Under the pieces are notes generated by a model that was not told the DNA's origin, did not search any database, and worked only from the letters and a program-made list of their open reading frames with translations. The translations under genes were made by a program, and so were the position numbers. Shown one piece after another: positions 12,496 to 24,764 of a stretch of 64,000 bases of DNA (positions are counted from its first letter, which is position 1; each line of letters begins with the position of its first letter). Origin of the DNA: Felis catus (Eukaryota); NCBI RefSeq assembly GCF_018350175.1, contig NC_058368.1:147624001-147688000 (forward strand). The letters run 5' to 3'.

Positions 12496-12726
12496 GGGGC
12501 GCCTGGGTGGCGCAGTCGGTTAAGCGTCCGACTTCAGCCAGGTCACGATCTCGCGGTCTGTGAGTTCGAGCCGTGAGTTCGAGCCCCGCGTCAGGCTCTG
12601 GGCTGATGGCTCGGAGCCTGGAGCCTGTTTCTGATTCTGTGTCTCCCTCTCTCTCTGCCCCTCCCCCATTCATGCTCTGTCTCTCTCTGTCCCCAAAAAA
12701 ATAAAAATTAAAAAAAAAAAAAAAAA
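12496..12726 (+). mobile_element. Young felid CanSINE with internal 13-bp tandem duplication
   Basis: ggggcgcctgggtggcgcagtcggttaagcgtcc head; gtgagttcgagcc twice at 12560-12585. Confidence 0.96.
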
Positions 12727-12733
12727 GAAACAA

Positions 12734-12953
12734 GGGGGTGCGCCTGGGTGGCTCACTAACTTAAACATCCAACTTTTGATTTCAGCTCAGGTCATGAACT
12801 CACAGTTCTGAGATCAAGCCCCAGATTAGGCTTTGATCTGACAGCACAGAGCCACTTGAGAATTCCTTCTCTCTCTCCCACTCTCTCTGTCCCTCCCCTG
12901 CTCATGTGCATTCCTATTCTATCTCAAAATATAAAAATAAACATTAAAAAAAA
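12734..12953 (+). mobile_element. Older CanSINE directly downstream of the young copy
   Basis: gcgcctgggtggctcac head, CT region, A-rich tail. Confidence 0.9.
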
Positions 12954-13204
12954 CCAAAGAAGGATACATTATAACATTAAAGACTACATTTACAATACAG
13001 GCATATTTATATCCAATAACAACCAGCAACTTTTGTTCAAAGCAGAAAACAAACCATGCCAGCAGAAACAGTAATACATCGATTGACATGATACATTCTC
13101 TCAAGTTTCAGCAAGTCAATAATCTTAGAGAAAAACTACAACATAATGAATAAAGGAGACTTATATAACTAATCATGAATACAAACAATATAGCCTATTA
13201 TTAA

Positions 13205-13550
13205 ATTCTTTTATTTAATTAAAAAAAATAATTCCAGTATAGTTAATAGTGTTATATTCATTTCAAGTGTACAATATAGTGATTCTACAATTCTATACAT
13301 TACTTGGTGCTCATCATGATGAGTGTACTCTTAATCCCCTTCCGTATTTCACTCATCCCCCACCAACCTCCCTTCTAGTAACCATTAGTTTGTCTCTATA
13401 GTTAAGACTCTTTTTCTTGGTTTGTCTTATTTTCTTTGCTCATTTGTTTTGTTTCTTCAATTCCACATATGAGTAAACTCTTACGGTGGTTGTCTTTCTC
13501 TGACTGATTGATTTCACTTAGCGTTATACTCTCTAGCTCCATCACGTTGT
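13205..13550 (-). mobile_element. Carnivore L1 3' end fragment
   Basis: Antisense 3' UTR (ttccagtatagttaa...caagtgtacaatatagtgattc; ttccacatatgagt). Confidence 0.9.
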
Positions 13551-13569
13551 AATATAACCTATTTTTTAA

Positions 13570-13717
13570 ATGTTTATTTATTTTGAGAGGGAGAGAGAAA
13601 GAAATAGTGAGCAGGGGAAGGGGGGGAGAGGGAGAGGGACAGGGAGAAAGAGATGAGATCACAGCCTGAGCCAAAATTAAGAGTTAGACCCTTAACCAAC
13701 TAAGCACCCAGGAACCC
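13570..13717 (-). mobile_element. CanSINE, internally deleted
   Basis: tgtttatttattttgagag tail and cttaaccaactaagcacccagg head. Confidence 0.85.
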
Positions 13718-13792
13718 TTAATATAGCCTCTTTTTAAGTGCACATGGCACACTCATGAAAATGGACCATATTTTAGGCTATACCAGCTTTGT

Positions 13793-14375
13793 ATTGTATC
13801 ATTTTAGTTAAGATGGAACTACAGTTGTTCTCTCTGGATGGTTCTGAGTTAGAGTTGGCTACAAGAACACTATTGTGAGATGTGGAATGTGGAATGTGGA
13901 ATGTGGAATTGAAACAACAGACATGTTTTCACTCAAAGGATGCTGTAGCTCATGTACCTTGTGTGGGATATACTGTAGCGCTTTGTTGCGGTGAAGTAGC
14001 AGCTGTGTCATTAACTGTTTCAATTCATACTGGTTATTCTGCCTCCTTCAGTTTTTCTAATTCCTGGACCAGTTTGGGTACCGGTCCTTGGCACAGTGCA
14101 TCACCATTTCTGCATTTCACCTGCACCATCAAATTTGGAGGCCTGGAAGCAGTGAGAGACAGATCCAAGTTCTGGAGAGAGACTGGTGTTAGTTCCAGGT
14201 CATCCTTGTGAATTTTAGTTTGTAGCTATAATCCTGTACTTCAGTTCCATCTTCCATGCCAAACTCCAGGTCCACTGCTGGACTCAGGGACCCAGACCGC
14301 TTAATCAGGTACCATGATTATTTAAATTCTAATATCTATCCCTTACACCACTCCCAGTAGAATCAGATTTCTTTT
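13793..14375. mobile_element. Probable ancient ERVL-class solo LTR remnant
   Basis: GC-richer block with recalled resemblance to old ERVL LTRs; family and strand not determined. Confidence 0.35.
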
Positions 14376-14449
14376 TCTAAAAATAACCTTACAATATTTC
14401 CCTTTCCAGAGACTCTTCCAGAATCTTGTTACTGTATTCTATCTCTCCT

Positions 14450-14912
14450 CTTGCTGAAACTGGGAGAGTTTTTACAATTGCATCAACTATTAAAGTAGAC
14501 TGGAAGTGACTATTGGAACTTATGAAGTTAGGTCATAGAAAATGATAAAGCTTCTGCTGACTCTTTCTTAGGATGGGTGATGTTGAAATACGGATATGAT
14601 AATGTGAGAAAGCCCAGACCACAAAGCAAGATGCATAAAACAATAGCTGAGACCCTCAAATTTCAGTCCAAGCTGAGTTCCCAACCACATCCTACATACA
14701 CTAACTGGCAACCATGTTAGTGAATCATCTTGGAAGTAGATCTTTTGCTTTTCAGTTAAGCAACCCCAGCTAACGTAAACAGAGCAGAAATGAACTTTTC
14801 CCATTAAGTCCTGACCAAATTGCAAATTTCATGAGAATAATAAATGATTATAGTTGTTTTAACCCACTAAAGTTTTAGAATAGTTTGTTACACAACACTA
14901 GAGAATTAAAAC
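14450..14912 (+). mobile_element. MaLR LTR (MLT1-type)
   Basis: Typical MLT1 3' end: ccaaattgcaaatttcatgagaataataaatg...gttgttttaacccactaaagtttt...gtttgttacacaac...aca. Confidence 0.8.
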
Positions 14913-16525
14913 AGTCATTTGATATTGCTATAATGAATCAGCCTACCATTTTCTTTCATCTGTTTTATGCCATGGCTGAATAACCGTATGAGTTCAGTAA
15001 GCATTAGATATCCTTCCCTTCTCTAAAAGATTTATTAATAGAACAAAGCCAAAATGTTCAATAGCAAAAGATGCTGTGGTTTGAGGGAAGGGCATATTAA
15101 TCATTTGCACCTTCCTTCCTCCCGCACTCCAATATGACTGTGTCCTCTATGTATACCCAAGAGGCTGAGAGGGATCTGACCATCTTAGTTTGGCCTCTCG
15201 GGAGTCAGTTAGCAGGCAGGAAATGAGAGCCAACACCTGATCCTTCTAATAAATACAGTGGCAGTCTCTTAAATAGACAAAGTGGAGTTGTAAATATTTT
15301 CGTCTCACCCAACTATTAATCCAAGGGGTTAATTCCTGTCTCTCAGTAACAGCTTTACAGGAATTAGAAACCCTGTGTGAGAACTAAAGATATAACAATT
15401 GATACCAAGATTTCTACTCAGAAGACATAGGGAAAAAAATAAGGGAATATTTCTTCATTTATGTGATGAGTGTTTTGTAGAGATTACATAGGCTATAATG
15501 CTAAATATACCAATGGTTCAGTGGCCAAAATCATTTTTTTTTAATAATGTTACTACCACCTGTTTTTAGCTTGCAGCACTTACGAGATACGAAAATAAAG
15601 AAAAACAGAGAACCTAGCCACACAAGATTTATTTCCATTAAAACTTGGGACACTGTCATAATTAATTGTTCAATTATATCACCTCAGTTTTGAAGGTGGC
15701 AAGAAGAAGGGTTGGAAACTCTGTTTTTCCCTCTTTGAAGAGTTTCTTTTCCACTGTCCATGTGAATTTTCCTAAAACAAGTCCCTACCATTATACTAGC
15801 ATTTTTAGTCTAAAACAGTATAAAAGTAACAATACTGTTTTCTAAATTAAGACATTATCTGTAATGGTTTAATTCCCTTATGCTAAGTCACTAGAAAAAA
15901 TTAGCTTTTCCAAAAGAAGTTTGGGACTCACAGAAATCTTACTGGGAGAATCAGAAGGTTAGTCAATGCTTTATTCATATCCGCTCACAAGACTTTAATT
16001 TATTTAAAATACTTTTTCTCCTTATTTTTTCCACTTAGTAAGGAATTAGAATTTCTGAGAAGTCTTTCTGCTCAGATCCTAAAAATTCGTTTCCTAATAG
16101 TACAGTACTGAGTTGACTCACTGTTAATTCATAGCAGGTCTTGGGCATGTTGCCTGGAGTCAAAGGTTGTGGTTAGAAATCATACCAGTGGTGTTTTCTA
16201 AATGGCTTCACTGTATATTGTATAACACAGTCAGAATTTCTGTAAAGGCTGAGGCCAAGAGACAAAATTCACAGTGACTTCTGACTCTACCTACTCATTT
16301 GTCTGTGTTTGTACATGATAGGATATTATTTAAAAAAACAACAACATCATAGGCTATTCTTCTGTAAGATTATATTCACAATTTCCACCCCCACGCCCTT
16401 ACAGGAGGAATGGAACTAAATTACTGGAGGATTTTGTTTTTAAATCTGACTTGTATTAGTTGGTAGAGGAAAAATGGAATGTAAATATAAATAGGACAAG
16501 GACTGGCTCTTGAGAAATTAATAGT

Positions 16526-16813
16526 GAAATAAGCCATACTGAGAAAGACAGATACCATATGTTTCACTCTTACGTGGATCCTGAGAAACTTAACAGAAAC
16601 CCATGGGGGAGGGGAAGGAAAAAAAAAGAGGTTAGAGTGGGAGAGAGCTAAAGCATAAGAGACTCTTAAAAACTGAGAACAAACTGAGGGTTGATAGGGG
16701 GTGGGAGGGAGAGGAGGGTGGGTGATGGGTATTGAGGAGGGCACCTTTTGGGATGAGCACTGGGTGTTGTATGGAAACCAATTTGACAATCAATTTCATA
16801 TATTGAAAAAGAA
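16526..16813 (+). mobile_element. Young felid L1 3' end fragment
   Basis: Same 3' UTR as the copies at 4779 and 6332; exact TSD agaaattaatagt 16513-16525 / 16814-16826. Confidence 0.95.
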
Positions 16814-18454
16814 AGAAATTAATAGTCAAACGAGGGACAAAGGTACACAACATGATACACTATCAAAGGTGTTCAAAGTGAGATTAGAACATGCTTCTAT
16901 GGAAGCAAGGAACAATTATGGATTAAGTAGAATGAAATTTAGAGCTCTCAGAAGAAAATAGAGGAGATATTCCTTTCTAAGAGAAAAAAAAAACAGTAAA
17001 ATATAAAAACATACCAAGTATATTTTCTAAGGGTAGGTAGCTAAAGTGAGGTTATGGCATATGGATACGTAACAGCAAAACAAACTGAACTTATATCCAC
17101 TTGAAATTTGAGTTCAATGATCTACTTGTTTTGTGTTTTATGAATTAAATTTTCAACAACCTGTTAAAAAATAGGTAGGTATTTAGGTTTATTTATTCTA
17201 ATGGTTTCACAGTCTTCTTTATTTTTTGTTGTTCAGTTCTGTGCTTCCCTGTACTTCAACCTTAGTTCTGTTAAATTGTATTTTCTCTACCTATGCAGCT
17301 GCACCAGGTATCTTTAATTGACATATTTTATAGGTGCGAGAATAAATCAGCTGTTATGTTCCCTTTCCAGACTCCTAGAGGTACTGTTTACCACAATGAA
17401 TACACCATCATCTTGTCAACAACTCCCATGTCTGCACTGTCTGGAAAAAAAGTATGCTGGGAAGTGAACCCAACCTCAATGGCAGTAAATCAGGACATAG
17501 GATTGAGAAAACATCCCTTAAAGGGACCAAACATTAATATTCTGACAGATTTAGAAATTAAACTGAAATAGAAAAAGTGATTTGGGTAATAAATTTCACT
17601 AAAGAGCAATTTCACTAATAGTTGGCAGAAGGTAAGTTGACCAAAGTTCATCAATAAGTAACAGCATGTTATAGTGAATAAGCTTTCCCAACAGTTCCAT
17701 TAATCTTTATTCAGAATCATTATTCACTATTTGTGTATATACTACAAAATCCTAATGGTGGAAATACATTTTAGGATTGGGATCTAAGTTAAAATAGTGC
17801 ACAACTGATTTGACATATTCACATGATTGGCTTTGTCAGAAACGTATTTGGAAACTTACCAGACCAATTGCCTCATTGTCATTTGCAATAATCCAGATGA
17901 CAAAATCTGTCAGTGAAATATTTTTCCCAGCATGTGGCAGCATCATCAGCTGCTCCACTGTGGACTATTGTTACTGTAGGAAGTGGAAATGTTTACCTTT
18001 CTTTTTATACGCAAAAAGGTAAACTGTATGATCATAATCTATACTTCCAATAACTGATAATTTTGAGACTGTGGAAAAAAAAAACCAAAGGAATACAAGA
18101 TTATAATATGAGAAAAAAGAGGGGTAAAAGTCAGAGCTGGATCCAGTTATACAAATGAGCAAGGGACGTGTGGATATTAGTATCACACAGACAAGGTATA
18201 GAGAAGACTATTGCCCCAGGTTTTCAAAGAATTAGTCTAATAAATTACAATTACTGATTACAATATTCCCACATTCAGGGATTAGTAATCCAATATTTAC
18301 AATTTTTATACTTTAAAATAGTTTTAAACATCCTTCATTATCTTCATGAATGTCTTGGCATCTCACTTTTCTATATAGGAATTTCTTTGCTTGTCCAACT
18401 TTCCAGGATCCAGAGTAGGTCACTGACTTCCTCAAGATTGTATGGGAAAAATTA

Positions 18455-18595
18455 CATAGACAGATGGCAATAAGCAGATGAAAAGATGGCCCACACTGTA
18501 GGTCATGGTATTATAAGTTAAAACAGCAATGAGTAGCACTACATAAATATTTAAATGGCTAAAATTTAAAAAACCAAAAATATCAAATGCTGGTC
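18455..18595 (+). mobile_element. Short old L1 ORF2 fragment
   Basis: cagatggcaataagcagatgaaaagatg...aatggctaaaatt...caaatgctgg. Confidence 0.7.
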
Positions 18596-20528
18596 CGGTC
18601 ATTTTTTTTCCAGGTAATTTTTCCATGTAATCTAGCATATCTAAAGTATGTTTTTATACTTAAAAAGAGTCTCAATTCCCACTAACTTGAAGATGTGACA
18701 TGTTTAAACTAAGGATTCAATTCCTCCTACTACACTTCTGTGTACTTTTATATCTGTAAAAATTAAGTTCATTCTAGATTTCACTGGATCCCCTCCTATT
18801 CTATGGATGTTTAGAATAGGTAAGATACAATCCAGGTAAATTGAGTTAACCTCAAGTGTTCCTTTGAAACATTCTAAATATATCAATTGTTTTATGTAGT
18901 TAATAAATCAGCAGGTAAGCAGGGTGATGCTAAATGAGACTGACTGATGAATAATAGTGTGATATGTAATGGGGGAAAATGTTCCTATTAAACATACAAG
19001 TATGCCAAAACATGGCTAACAGTAGCTTTGATTTTCCAATACCATATTGTGAGACTGTAAAGCCAAAGGTCTTCGAACTCTGATTTCATTTTATTCCCAA
19101 ACTGCCTTTAATCTTCCTACATTAACGTCTGAGAGGTACCATACATGCAGCTTAATGAACATGTTGTGAGTTCCTTATGTCATCATGTGCAGTAGGAAGG
19201 GACAATCAACAATACCTGCCCCTAGGATATATACCAGGCCTTTATATTAATGACTTTACATTGTATTCTAAGGCTGCCCGGAAGTGAACATTTTTGAGGG
19301 GTCCTTTTGGACATAGTTTGATTTGCTTATTCTCTCACTGCTGATTCCATTTAGATACAATCATGAGCTAAAGCATAGCTATTTTACTGCTCAGCAGTCT
19401 AGCTTTACAAAATCAAGCTGTCTTCTTTCTACATCCTTGAACAAACAGAATGATCATGGCTTGTGAACTGAGTTTCAGGAATCTATGTGAGGTGATGACA
19501 TCTCAAACAAAAGCTCATGATTTTTCAAATGTAAGATACATCCTTAAGTGAAAAGCCACAAACAAATTATTTACAAGATACATTTAGCATATTGGAATGA
19601 GAAGTGAAAACCCAATTCCAAAATTTCAAATTTTAGCTTTATTTTATAATGCTTCAAATTTCAAACTTTATTTCAATACCGATAATCTTTGTTTTCATAT
19701 ATTCACATTAAAGCCACTGTGTCATTTCTTATTTATGACAAAACTCGTTTCCATTAAACATATACCTAAGGAAAAGGCTTTTTTTTTTTCTTTTTTGGCA
19801 CAGAATACTGAATAGCTCAGAAACATTTTTGGAATAGTATTAAGAGTATAAAAAGTCTCATGACATGCTTAAACTTCTAACTTGGAAATACATGTAACAT
19901 GGTCTTGGTATTCTTGCCCCAATAGTTGAGAAAATAATATCCATGAAATTACATGTAAGACAAAGAAACTTCTGAGAAATATGTGAAATGCTTAGGTTAA
20001 GTATACCTTGAGATTCCAACAGAAGAGACAATGCCAGTAAAAGATTTTGGTCTCAAGTTATATCTTTCTGAGGAAGACAAAAGCCTGATTATTCAGATCT
20101 ATTTCTCAGTTGAAGAAAAAACACTGTCTTCCTAAAATTCCCTTTTAAGGAAGAAACTCTTCTTACAAAAAACTGCAGCCAGACCTCATATTTGCCACAA
20201 TTGAACAGATAATTATGGCTAAACTAGCCCAGGATTTACCACAAAATACTTAATTCTACTTCCAGGATTTTATGGTAAAATATTTTTTCTACCTCTGCTA
20301 TTAAAATGGAAACTTGTCATAAATTACATTTCAACTATATTTCAAAGTCTTTATTTTATTTTAATAAACACTAATGGATTAGTGTATGTCTTGCATAATA
20401 TGAATTACTGCTGGATGGCTGAAGTCTCTATAACCACCTACCCTTAAATCCAGTCCCCTTTCCATACTAAATTTAGATTTAAAAATATATAGTCTTTAAA
20501 ACTAGGTATGTGTTCAAAACCTTGTTTT

Positions 20529-20726
20529 TCTTTCTTTTAATGTTTTTATTTATTTTTGAGAGACAGAGCACACACAGGGGAGGGACGGGGTGGGCGTAGA
20601 GAGGATCCAAAGTGGGGACTTTGGCCAATAGCAGAGAGCCCGATATGGGGCTCAAACTCACAAACTGTAAGGTCATGACCTGAGCCGAAATGGGATGTTT
20701 AACCGATTGAGCTACCCAGCTGCCCC
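20529..20726 (-). mobile_element. Older CanSINE
   Basis: Antisense SINE body; degenerate TSD tcaaaaccttgtttt 20514-20528 / tcaaagctttgtttt 20727-20741. Confidence 0.92.
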
Positions 20727-23700
20727 TCAAAGCTTTGTTTTCCTGTTAGTAGCTATTTATTAGTAGCTATTCTGGAGCAAATCTCTTAGGTCATTTGACT
20801 TTTAGTGTCCTTGAATGAATAAAGCAGAGTGTAGTTATAAACTTAGAGATACTGTGGCTAATATGTCTGTTAAGTACTAGGTGCTAAATACTTCTTAAAT
20901 TACAAAAGTATTGGAAAATCGGATACAGTATAATTATTCTGACATTCTCAACCAAGAAACTAGAGAGGAATTTTTTGATGCTGTATCTACAGAATGAATT
21001 CCAGAGGTGATAAGTCTCATTCCTCAGAGATACAAGTGTCTTATCTCTATGACAAAGAACCTCTGGAGCAGAAGCCAAGAACAGTGTGAAAAACAAAAAT
21101 GTTGTGTACCAAAAACAAAACAAAGCTAACGAAAAAACAAAATCTTATTTCCCGGTTTTCAAAGCTTAAACCTTGAGCTATTAACAAAAGAGGACTCTCC
21201 TAGTCTTAATCTATCACTCCAGGAAAAACAAGGAAAAAGAAAAAAGATCAGAATTCAAAAGTATATGGATTTAGTAAATTCAAGTCAATCTCAAACTGAT
21301 TGCTTCATTTTCAAAATATTTTTGCTAAGGAGAAATTGACACTAAAAATACATCCCATATGATGTTTAAAGAAGGTCACATAAACCTCCTTGAATGCAAG
21401 ATGCTAAGCCTGTGGCTCAAGTGTCTTAAAACTATGCATGTTCCTATATAGGCCAGGTTTGTATGATGTTCAGTCAGACCACCATCTGACAGTTGACATT
21501 TATTGTAGTACCAGACATGAATATCACTTTTGCATTTATAATTTTAGAGACACTTTAAACCAATTGCTTCAACTTTTGAAGCTTACAGGCTTGCAAATTT
21601 CAAGAATACAAGCTTTAAAAATGTGACTATTTTGAGAGGAGGCTTGGTAGGGGGTGGTGGACACACATCACTGATGAGAGTAAAAGGGCTTAAGTGGAGG
21701 ATCCTTTACTTTCCAAATGTAATATGATAGCTTTTATAAAACCAAATTGAGAAACAAGCAAGCTTTTAACTATGAGGGAAAGGAACTGGGCGTTACATAT
21801 GCGATGAATAAACGTCTTTAAGAGAAGAATGAAATGGGTATTGGATGAATCATGTCTGACTCCTTTGAATGAAAAAAAATGGGTAACTTTTAAGAAAATA
21901 AAACAATAAGAAAAAAAATAACAATCTGGTAGACAGGAATGAAAAGCCCACATTTGTGAAGACTCAGACACTATGCAGATTTTTAAATGTACAGTCTAAT
22001 TTTAATCCCATGTGTGCAATAAGAATTTTGATTCATTCTCCTGTTTTCCCGAATAAGTCTTAAATTAGAATGAAGTTTAAAACATAGTAAATGAGTAGTA
22101 CAATCATTCCTTAAGGGGCTGTTCATATTATTGGGCCACTGGCTCACTTGTTCAGATGTATCTCCATATTTTACGTATTCCTTTAATATAGTAAGTAGGC
22201 ACTGAAACATAACCAAGAATTAGTAAAACTGGAAAGAATATCCTCATTATCTTCAGTCAATTTAAGACTGACATTGAATGACAGGCATTCTACCAAAATC
22301 ATACAGAATCAGAGATAGGAAAGCTGCAAAATGTTTATCAGTTCACATGTTAATTTCAATAAATATTGCAATGTGTTTAATGGGATTTTATCAAAATCAT
22401 TAAAAGAGTATGCACTTCCAATGTAAAACTTAAAACCAACAGGGAAGTTTAACTTAATTTTTTTTCTTTTTTTTACTGACAGACTGTAGGAGTTCAGTAA
22501 AAATAGACTCTTTTCAATGTTATGCTAATGTATTTATGAGTCTATTTTAAATCAAAAAGATAAAAAAGTATGAAAAATAATATTTATAAAAGGAGAACCA
22601 GAAAGCTTATTAAATATTTATGGAGAACTTATAATAATAGATAAGTATTTTAAGGTTTAACTAAACATGATGCTATTCTCTATTTTTATCAGTGCCATGT
22701 TTATGTTGAGTAAGAGAAAACCTATATATACACGGGCATCTTTATCTAGGTCTTTCCCACATGCTCTCATTTTTTTAAAAAGCTGTTTTTCCCCCATTAA
22801 CTGGATTTTAATTATTATATAATAGCAAAGTATTTTAAAAACTGTTTCATGAAACCAACAGGGTTTGGATAGGAACCAGCACATTTCTACTGAGATTTAT
22901 AGGATATTGATATTTTCTGGCACCCTAAGAAACATACTGAAATCCCTCCAAGCCCTCAGATAACACAGTCAGGCTATTAGAATTTTTTTTTTCAGTTTTG
23001 TTTGTATTTTCAGGAAAGATTAGGAGCGGCATGATGTTTTGGATCAAGTGTGAGCCAGAAGCACCGATGTGCTAGTTGGAGGTACAAACAGAAACTTTTT
23101 GGTGGGTTGTTCCCATCTCAGCTTAGATTTTACTTCCTGTCACTGTTATTTATTTCTTATTTATTTATTTTGGGGGTGGGAAGCTATTCTATGCACTGTC
23201 TTGGTGGCCAGAAGAACAGCTGGCACTTGCTATTCTTGAAAGAGGTGCCAAGGATAGAAATACGTGGGTAACGGGCAATGTAAAAGACTTTGAAATCTGT
23301 CTCAGCAGCTGTCACTGCAATGGACATAGTACAAACACTCAAAATGTTGCTCTTCACTGCCAAGGCCTTCTGTACTCTTGGCAGCATATCGTCAACAGTT
23401 CTGAATGCAGTGTGGCTGCCTTCTAGGTAGCAGGGCTGTGTGGGTCAGTATGTAGGAAGATGCTGGAACTTTCTTTTTGGGGCACATTTGCCGAAAGAAA
23501 ACAAAGGGAAGGTATCTTTGTTTCTCTGACTTCATACATGTCCTTAATTTTGTGTCTTATGGTCCAGTAAATTTGGTGGTTTTAACAATCCTGTGGTCCT
23601 TAAGACAAGATGATTTGGCAGAGGGAAGCTAAATCCATAGGTACAAAATCTGCCATATATATTTAAAAAAAAGGGGGGGGGAGATCTGCCAGATGGCTCA

Positions 23701-24764
23701 GTTGTTTAAAGGTAATTTTATGTAAACAGCTATTGTTTCTTCATTATCTACAATGTAACTTTAAAAAATATATTTTGTGAACTTCAAAGACCATGGGGTG
23801 AGAGAATGTAAATGACTCAATGGATCAAACTGGGAAGAACACTCTATCTCTACATTTTTACATTTTCTTTTTAAGTACCTTTGCTATCTTTGTGCTAGGT
23901 CTATAAATGATTATCATATAATTTGGAAAATATCATAAGAAAAAGGTAAATAATCCCATTAGAAAAACAAAATATTAAATTTAAATATATTGGGGGAACA
24001 TTGAATCTGCCAGACTGGTAACTGCTATAAAGAAATAAATACTTTATACAGCCTAACACTTTAAATGGAAGATAACACTGATTGGCCAAATACAAGCTGA
24101 AAGTTTTTAACATGTATCTGGGCTTGAAGCTAAGCACTTAGTAAAAGCCTTGTTGAAGGCTTAACTCTAAATAGTAGGGCTTTTCCACATCTCTTTCAAT
24201 CTACTCTTGCCAGTAAGATGCTATAATATACATTTATTGTGCCTCTAAACTCAAGTAAAACATATTTTTAAGTGCATTATATAGTGTTAAGAGACACTTA
24301 TATTAAATGAAAATTATATTGCCTTTACTTTAAGCAGCACGCTGTTTAGGGAAATATCAATGGTAGAATTATTTTAAAAATGCTTGGGTTAAATTGCATG
24401 GAGAGAGAGGGAAGGGAGTCCCTATGTTTAGTACCTTTCCATTTCTTTTATATTCTCTTGTATATAACCATACTATAGCTTACTTTAGAAAACTTAAAAT
24501 AATAATAATTTGTATTTGTCTAACTACATTTTTAATTCGGTAACTTTTTAAAATTATTTGTTCTGGATTAAATAAACTGTTGCCTTTTGAGAACACTTCT
24601 AAGTGCACACTGCGATTAAGCACAGGCTTTTGTATGAAGTTCTTAACTTACTTTGGTAAATACCAAGTAGCATGACTGTTAGATCACATGGTAAAAGTTA
24701 GTCTGGTGTTGTAAGAAACTGCCACCCTGTCTGCCAACGTGGCTGTACCATTTTGCATTTACAC

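Larger units (their letters stand above)
11275..13785 (+). mobile_element. Ancient L1M ORF1/endonuclease remnant, fragmented by younger insertions; probably continues 5' of 2223
   Basis: EN-like remnants ccaaagaaggatacattataacattaaag (about 12954) and aagtgcacatggcacactcatgaaaatggaccatattttaggc (about 13736). Confidence 0.6.

Noticed and set aside
17299..17307. 9-nt microexon CTGCACCAG between cag and gtatct
   Set aside because: The donor is weak, there is no host gene context, and such a match is expected by chance.
22500..22548. 11-bp inverted repeat aaaatagactc / gagtctatttt as MITE or pre-miRNA
   Set aside because: It is too short and AT-rich, with no TSD and no extended stem.
23013..23080. 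Plus-strand coding exon after a strong acceptor (ttgtattttcag)
   Set aside because: All three frames contain stops and the donor (gtacaa) is weak.
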